Assembly: GCA_964016885.1 (NCBI GenBank)
Contig: OZ024741.1
Span: forward strand, 62,620,001-62,684,000
From: Eledone cirrhosa
Taxonomy: Eukaryota
Length of the DNA: 64,000 bases
Direction: 5' to 3'
Below are positions 55,935-64,000 of the stretch, piece by piece. Within the stretch, counting starts at the first letter, position 1, and each line of letters begins with the position of its first letter. The translations under genes and the position numbers were made by a program. The notes under the pieces are model-generated. The model was given only the letters and a program-made list of their open reading frames with translations. It was not told the DNA's origin and made no database searches.

Positions 55935-56001
<67 letters not shown>

Positions 56002-57118
56002 TATATATGTGCGTGTGTGTGTCTTCTTGTGTATGTGTGCGTGCATGAGTGTATCTGAGAGTGCGGATCTTTGTATGGATGCAAGTCATCTTTTAACTGG
56101 ACACAAGATGAAATCTAACAGTTGAAAAATTGTTTTATATGAGATTTAAAATTCTCAACAATTTCTAAGGGAAACAACGAATAAATGAAGTTCAAAAACT
56201 CTTTCTTATTTTATTTGTTATTATAAACTTTTGGCTAGTTTCATAGTTACGAAAGTATTGGAAACGAGAAGGGATTCAATCATTTTAATCAAACAATATT
56301 AGAATGAATATTAATGAAATAAAATAGAAGAAAAATACAAAATTAAGCAAAACGAAAACAAAACTTAAAGTTATTTAACGTCATCAGCCGTGTGGTGCCA
56401 AGTGTTTTAATGGCTTATCTTAAAATATCAGAAAACAAGGAAATTACAATAATAATTTCAATAGCAACAGAAAAATCCATTAAACTCTACAGCTGAAAAA
56501 GATAACTCACAACTGAAATGATTAAAATAGCAGCTAATATTAGAAGGATTCACTAGACACTTGTTTTTCATCCATCCTCGACTATTAGGGAATTACGTAA
56601 ATTCAATAACAAAGACACGGGGAAATATATATAAAAGAAATTAGAATTTGGAATATTAATCCTAGGTCATCATTCAGAGTTCTTATGAAAGATAGAATGT
56701 AGCTTTGGTTTCATGACGTTAGAAGAACTGTAGATTCTTTTGGACAAAAAAAAAACAGTCAATCATAAGTAAGATTCTAAGATGATTTGATTGATACATA
56801 GTTCCTTAAGCCAAGGAAACTGAAGTATTCCTACAGAAAGCTCTTCTCTCTCCCCCATCTCTCTCTCTCTCTCTCTCTCTAGTGGTTATATTAAAACGCT
56901 TTTACTCCTACTCGTATTGTTACCAATATGAAAATGAAAATAAATTGAAGTTTAAGGAAAATTTGCTGGCTCAAGTATCTTCAGATTTGATGTTTTAAGC
57001 CAGGAATTATTGAAAAGAATTACTATCAACTTCGCCACTTTTTACTGGTACTGTGCTAGTGTATATATACACATACACCAACACACACACCAACACACAC
57101 ACACACACACACACACCA

Positions 57119-57149
<31 letters not shown>

Positions 57150-57153
57150 CACC

Positions 57154-57243
<90 letters not shown>

Positions 57244-57253
57244 AACACACACC

Positions 57254-57322
<69 letters not shown>

Positions 57323-58959
57323 GTGTGTGCATGCGTAATGAATTATAGCTTTAATCCATCCCACAGGCTTCCATATAGCTTCCTTTTATCGAACTTCTCT
57401 CACAAAGCTTAGGTCGGTCCGAGGCTAAGGCAAAGACACATCCACAGGGTGTCAAGATACCTTATGAGTGTGAATAGAATGTCTAAAACACTGAAACATG
57501 TCAGCTTTCCTACGATATATCAGGTACGTTTTTCACTAATTCTTCTGTTCATAGGCGTTTTCTTGACTACTCTTTTAATTACTACATGAAAAACTTAGAC
57601 AAAATAATAGTGAGACTTTGTTGCAAGCGTTGCAAAAGTACAATGGCGTTCAAATCTTTACAAATATTCTCGTATATTTCTAATACTGAACAGCGTGTGG
57701 AATATGTATAGACAAGAATTTATTTCCATTATGAAGAATGAATGCCCTGAAACTGACTTTTGAGGAATCAATGTAGAATCAGCAGTCACCCATGAACCCC
57801 CACGATTGAACTATCACTTTTTCAAAGTAACTTGTCAGAGTTAATATGGTTAATTGAAGGAAGAGGTAGCCTGTCATTTTAGACCAGAAATATTTTCATC
57901 TTTTCCCCCATAATATGCTTCAGCTATTTTTTCAATTCTTCATCACATATTTTAACATTGTCAAAAGAATTTTCTAAAGGGGCAGCATCAGCACTCGACT
58001 GATAATTTTTTTATCGATCTCGAAAGATCAAATAGCAAAGTGGACGTAAGCGGGATTTGAACTCAGAATGCAGAGAGCTGGAACAAATATACAACACTCT
58101 AACAACTCTGTTAAATAAAAGTACATTGAAAACACATATCAACACATTGTGACAAAATAGCTATTGTACAATGTTTTCAAAAGTTAGTTCCTGACTATTC
58201 TGCATTCCTCATAATTTCTACTGTCAATGATCCCCAACGTTGTCATTTGAACTGTTTCAACTGCTAATAATAATACCCAAATCACCCTCAAACCAAATCC
58301 TACCGTTTTGAAAAGAAATAGGTATATTGTGCAATTTAGATGTAAATACGTAATGAAGCGTTGATCATTGAAGCAAGCACTTTAATCTTAGGTATGAGCA
58401 ATCAATCATAACCTATTGCTTAACAACCTCAGCAACAACTTTCCTGATTCATACATATGAAATTCATGTGTTGCTTTGTATTGATGTAACTGAAAGTTGT
58501 ACAAATAACAAAATCGATGCTTTCTATTCTGCCTTTACCATAAAACTTTATAGTTACATGCGAAATAGTGTAAATATATTTGTATAAAAGGTCACAACTT
58601 TCACAAGCAAACAATCATTCTAGAGAGAGAAAGTAGACGACTAAATTATAACTAGAATATATAGGTAATATGGACATCAAATTGTACACAAATACGTATA
58701 TTGTATACAAACATAATTGTACAGTGTGTATTTGTAAACAGTAAAAAATCTATGCATATGTAAGGCTGCTTTTCTTCCCGCACCTCTCTTCTTTTCTCTA
58801 ATCATGCAAACATACACGCACACAAGTACACCAACAACCGTGTTAACTCCCCACCCATATAAATGCACATGGTCAAAATAAAACATTGAAGGTCAAAGTT
58901 CGGTAAAAAAAAGCCAACATTGGCAGCAGGGTGTCAACAACCTTTTGGAAATAATTACT

Positions 58960-59563
58960 TCTAATTTAGAAACAAAGTCAGCAAATTGTGGGAGAAGGTA
59001 TGTCGAGTGCAACAAGCTCAGTACTTTACTGGTACTATATTTCATCGATATCGGAATGATGAAAAGCAAAGTTGACTTCGGTGGGATGTGAAACCAGTGT
59101 GTAGTAGGTCGTGACGCAATAGTGTAATACATCCGACGCACTATTGATTCTGCCAATCTGCCACTCTCATATTTTCTAAAATAGGAACGAGAAACCAGGA
59201 ATTTTCTGAGCAGGAAAGTCGATTACAGCAATCCCAGTAGTTATTGGTACTTTGATCTATCGACCCCGGAAAGATGAAATGCAAAGTAACCCCGGTGGGA
59301 TTTTAAATCAGAACATAAAGAGGTGTAACAAATACTGCTACGAATCACGACGTTCTAACAACTCTACCAATCCACCGTCCTAAGGTTCCTAATGATAATT
59401 GTTTCTACTTTTGGCAAAAGGCCAGCAATTATCCCAGTGCATTATTTTATCGACCCCGTAAGGATGAAAAGCAAAGTTAACCTCGGTGGAATTTGAACTC
59501 AGATCATAAAGGGCCGTAACTCTATACTGCAAAGCATGGTGTCCGGCCCTCTACCGATACTGC
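58960..59563 (-). mobile_element. Three tandem tRNA-SINE copies of differing divergence
   Basis: ~58960-59165, 59190-59380, 59400-59563. Confidence 0.8.
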
Positions 59564-59979
59564 AAGGTTCCTAATAATAATATAAAGAAGCTAGAAAGAA
59601 ACTGTTATACAAAGTAGTGATTTACACGAAACTGGTACTGTAATCTATTTGCGGATACTTTATAGATGACTTACGCGTACAGAGATAGAAAGTATTACTT
59701 GACTTAATGTACGTGAAGAAAATACCGTGTGGTATTCGGTTAGGTCGCTTTAGGTTTTCAGTTACAAATTTACTTACGAAGACTTTATCTTTCATTCCTT
59801 CTAGCTTCAGAAAAATAGGTACCATTCAATACTCTCCTTCAGATAATTGACCATGCTCTTGAAAGTGATGTCTGTACCTACACACAAAGCAGCGACTAAA
59901 AGCTGTAAAAGAATCAATTATATTTTAATCCACTTAGTGTAGTAAATTTCTTAATTAAATATTACACACGCGCACAACA

Positions 59980-60111
<132 letters not shown>

Positions 60112-60293
60112 ACACACACACGCACGCACACACACATATGTATATATATATATATATATAGGCGGTAGCACTAACATAGCGTTGGTCAGAGTATGGGTGT
60201 ATAATGAAACATTTTAATGCATAATGTAGAATAAACACACCAGAATTTCATGTATGTTTCTTATATACACACACATATACATACACATATATA

Positions 60294-60808
60294 TGATGGC
60301 TGACCCCTCGTTATCGAGTATGGCCATTGCACGATATACCATTATTAATAATTATTAATTAATTCTATTGTGCAATGCCTATGCGTGAAGATATTTTGTA
60401 AAGTGAGAAAAGACTGTGCACTGAGACAATCCCACTCTCTGAGCGACAGTAGCTATAACCCGAAAAGAAGAAAAGATCAACATCATCGGTAACTACTGAG
60501 CCGCAGGTTTTATATCAGAGTTATCCTAGATTCCTGAGTTAACTTCTCCTAGAACAATGCCCTGACAAAGGCTAGGGGTCCTTCATTCCAGTGGTTTAAC
60601 CACGCGGTACATGTGTATATACATATTTACGCACTCTTATGAGTTCTTCCGCCCTTTGTCAGGTTTTGTTTTTTGTTCTGCAGGGTGTCCAAAATCCCCC
60701 TCCTCAAGTAAACTTGGTGGGGTTGCCGGTTTAGTCGGCGACGACCCGACTATGCGACAGGTTGTACTGGATTACATGTTACCAGTAGCACTCAAGAGTG
60801 ACCCGACA
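60294..60808 (-). mobile_element. Diverged copy of the bipartite RTE-derived element, lacking the zinc-finger segment
   Basis: Colinear with 44203-44812. Confidence 0.75.
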
Positions 60809-60811
60809 TAA

Positions 60812-60957
<146 letters not shown>

Positions 60958-61084
60958 ATTTGGTGTCGGATGCTTAAAGCGTCTGTAAGCGCTATACCGT
61001 TTGAGCACTCGATGATCTTACAGAGCAGAGTATAATATCACATAAGAAACGGAGAATCAGTGGTGCGACGAATAAGATTTATTA

Positions 61085-61179
61085 GACATATTACAATCGT
61101 TTCTCTGGCGACCAGCTCGAGGAACGATCGATGCAATGATCAAACCTGACTCTGAAATCGCAAGATCCTCAGATATGTC
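61085..61179 (-). ncRNA. Type I hammerhead (family D) with 62-nt stem II region, intact core
   Basis: GACAUAU-CUGAGGA-UCUUGCGA...UCGCCAGA-GAAAC-GAUU-GUA-AUAUGUC. Confidence 0.8.
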
Positions 61180-61219
61180 GCGATTCTACGAAGCAGAGTC
61201 TCCAAACTCTGATATATAT

Positions 61220-61311
<92 letters not shown>

Positions 61312-62391
61312 ATATATATACACGTACGTATGTATGTTTGTGTGTATGTATGAATGCATTTGTATGGATATACTTGCTTGTGTTTATGTTTGTGTCTGTC
61401 TGTAATTATGTCATGAAACCCAGTGGTTTGACAAAAATGAAATTGATAAGATAAACCATACTTGGAGAAAATGTATACTGGTTCGGTATAATTGACTAAA
61501 CCTAGGAGTTACTCCAGCATGCCAGAGACTACGACTGAAATTAATGATAGAATAAAAGATCTTTACAAATGAATGCCTTTCACAAAGTTTCTGCAACCAA
61601 ATATGAACTTGTAGCTTCATTTTCGAGATACAAAAGAGATACAGTTGTATATTAGTTCTTCTCGAAGCATATTCACTCGAAATGTTATCAGCTGAGAAAG
61701 TCTGAACTTTTTCAATTAGCAGTTAGTGATTTATTCTGTTTAGAAAATGAATTACAATCGTAAATCTGAAATGAGAGCGATGTCCGGTGTTTATCTTTAC
61801 TGTTAATGTTTCTGTTATTGTCCAGGCCACATAACTATAGAACAGATCTATATATATATGAAAGCGTTGAAAAATATGACTTTAATTTCATCACTAACTC
61901 TATACAAATAACTAACTAACTCTATACCAAATAAATTAATTTTCACTTTACTACACATGCTAATATAACAAAAATATTCTACATTAAAACGTTGAGCTTC
62001 TGGAACAATGCTCAGGTCAGCATCAAACTTTTCTTCGGTTTTATTTGGCTATTGATTTTTAAACCTTCATTTGCATGTCAAGTTTCAAAACTTCTCAGTT
62101 ATCTTCGAAGTGCCAAGGCGTTATCACATAACATTGTAGGATCATCAACAAAGGCTAATATAAGAGGTTTTGAAACAGAACTTTGTTAGACTATATATAT
62201 ATATGTGTTTGTGTCTATATTGTATCTGTATTTTTTGACCGTTGGTCAGTCAATAGTAACATTGAGGACCGAATAAATTAAATTAACCGATATAAAAGAC
62301 ACAGAAGCGAAAACCAACCAAACAGTGAGTGTGTTCTGTTATTAATTCTGGTAATATTATTACACAAATATGACCCTCCCCAAGTATAACA

Positions 62392-62422
<31 letters not shown>

Positions 62423-62476
62423 TAAAAAAATAATGAATAAAACAATGAAACAGTTCCTTATATTAAACAAAAAAAG

Positions 62477-62629
62477 TTCATTATTTAACGATCGTTTCTA
62501 CGACATATATGTGTTAGAATTGGCATGCATATTCAACAGATCTATGTACAAAATTATACAAAATTATACAAACTATCAAATTTAATATACATACCAACAC
62601 ATATATATGCCGTCTTCAGAAATAATGAA
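62477..62629 (-). ncRNA. Type I hammerhead (family F) with very long stem-loop II
   Basis: UUCAUUAUUU-CUGAAGA-CGGCAUAUAUAUGUGUUGG-76 nt-CUAACACAUAUAUGUCG-UA-GAAAC-GAUC-GUU-AAAUAAUGAA. Confidence 0.78.
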
Positions 62630-63424
62630 ATATATTTATTGATAATAACAACAATTCAAAATTACAGGTCTGTTTGGGAACAGAGTTCAAATTGACCAAT
62701 GAAATACACAAAAAATATATCTAGAAAATACAGTTAGGTGTGTGTATATATGTAAGTAACTTCGTTCACAGATATGCATAAAAATATATGTTCACATGCA
62801 TACGCATGTCGAAAAAATGTATGTAAATACAAAAATTCAGGGCTAATGTCTCTGTATGTTTATAATCTACAGATAAAATACATACACGTATATAAACATA
62901 TATACATTCATATATACACACATAAACATACATTCACACACACACGCGCATATACGCATAAACATACACATAACCACGAACATACACACACACACACACC
63001 CACCCACACACACACACATATATGTGTATATATTATTATCATAAGCATATGGACATTAAGGCGCGCACATAAGCACTGCCACATATATTTAGATCCAGAT
63101 ACAGAAAGTAGATGGGGGGGGGGGTCAGTATTTACGGGTGTCAGACAAACTGCCTATTTAAAAATGTATCTATAAATTTAGAAATAAAAAGAAGAATATT
63201 AAAAAAATATATATATATATAAAAAAACAAGTAAAATATAAAATACACATCGATATATATATATATATATATACATATATACATACACATATATATATAT
63301 ATATACAACTATATATACATATATATATATACACACATATACATAGAGACACATACATATACACATATAAATACATAGACACATATACATACACACATAT
63401 ATATACACATACATAATTCACAAG

Positions 63425-63489
<65 letters not shown>

Positions 63490-63644
63490 TGTACATACAC
63501 ACATACACATACATACCCATATATACATATATATATACACACACATACACACACACATATACACACACACATATACATAGATATATATATATATATATAT
63601 ATACAATATTAAATAAATGGAAACTATATTTATAAAACCATATT

Positions 63645-63710
63645 TATTTCATTATATATATTTCAGGGATATCATATTAACAATATGCTATGCCTTCCTC
63701 AGACAAAATA
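63645..63710 (-). ncRNA. Type I hammerhead (family G), intact
   Basis: UAUUUUGU-CUGAGGA-AGG..CAUAUU-GUU-AAUAUG..CCU-GAAA-UAUAUA-UA-AUGAAAUA. Confidence 0.8.
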
Positions 63711-63865
63711 CAATATAAACAGTTTTATAGATAAATAGATTCGACATACCGTAACAACATCGACTTGTATTTGAAAAAGTTGAATTGCCAATTCAACTTT
63801 TTCAAATACAAGTCGATGTTGTTACGGTATGTCGAATCTATTTATCTATAAAACTGTTTATATTG

Positions 63866-63931
63866 TATTTTGTCTGAGGAAGGCATAGCATATTGTTAAT
63901 ATGATATCCCTGGAATATATATAATGAAATA
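63866..63931 (+). ncRNA. Family G hammerhead mirror copy, A13>G
   Basis: Same fold, but GGAA at 63912-63915. Confidence 0.6.
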
Positions 63932-64000
63932 AATATGGTTTTATAAATATAGTTTCCATTTATGTAATATTGTAAATATACTCCAAATACTTGTCGAGTG

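Larger units (their letters stand above)
54959..55942. mobile_element. Family C element: 420-bp tandem unit plus ~438-bp inverted arm
   Basis: 54961-55080 repeats at 55381-55500; 55505-55942 is the reverse complement of 55015-55452. Confidence 0.92.
63602..63974. mobile_element. Near-perfect 373-bp palindrome (family G foldback)
   Basis: 186-bp arms centred on 63788; two mismatches found by eye. Confidence 0.95.

Overview
AT-rich, microsatellite-dense eukaryotic DNA (intergenic or intronic) made almost entirely of repeats. The tRNA-derived SINEs and LINE content suggest an octopod cephalopod (inference). No host protein-coding gene is supportable, and most ORF-track entries are (TA)n/(CA)n/(TACA)n artefacts. 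Recognisable elements: a full-length Tx1-clade LINE (24649-30302) plus three 5'-truncated relatives, all sitting at (ATCT)n tracts; a second Tx1 family with a (TTA)n tail; a full-length CR1-clade LINE with a PHD-type ORF1; RTE and R4/Dong fragments; a Penelope-like (GIY-YIG) relic; a 2.5 kb non-autonomous Helitron keeping a spliced mini-gene; MITEs; a probable solo LTR with an 82-bp array; and many SINEs. The main unannotated signal is at least 13 minimal type I hammerhead ribozyme motifs from about 7 unrelated families (8 with intact cores). They sit in short non-coding elements in or near (TA)n tracts, many forming large foldback palindromes. One family is tied to the Penelope GIY-YIG relic, one forms a 420-bp tandem retrozyme-like monomer, and several have unusually long stem II inserts. 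All folds and alignments were done by eye.
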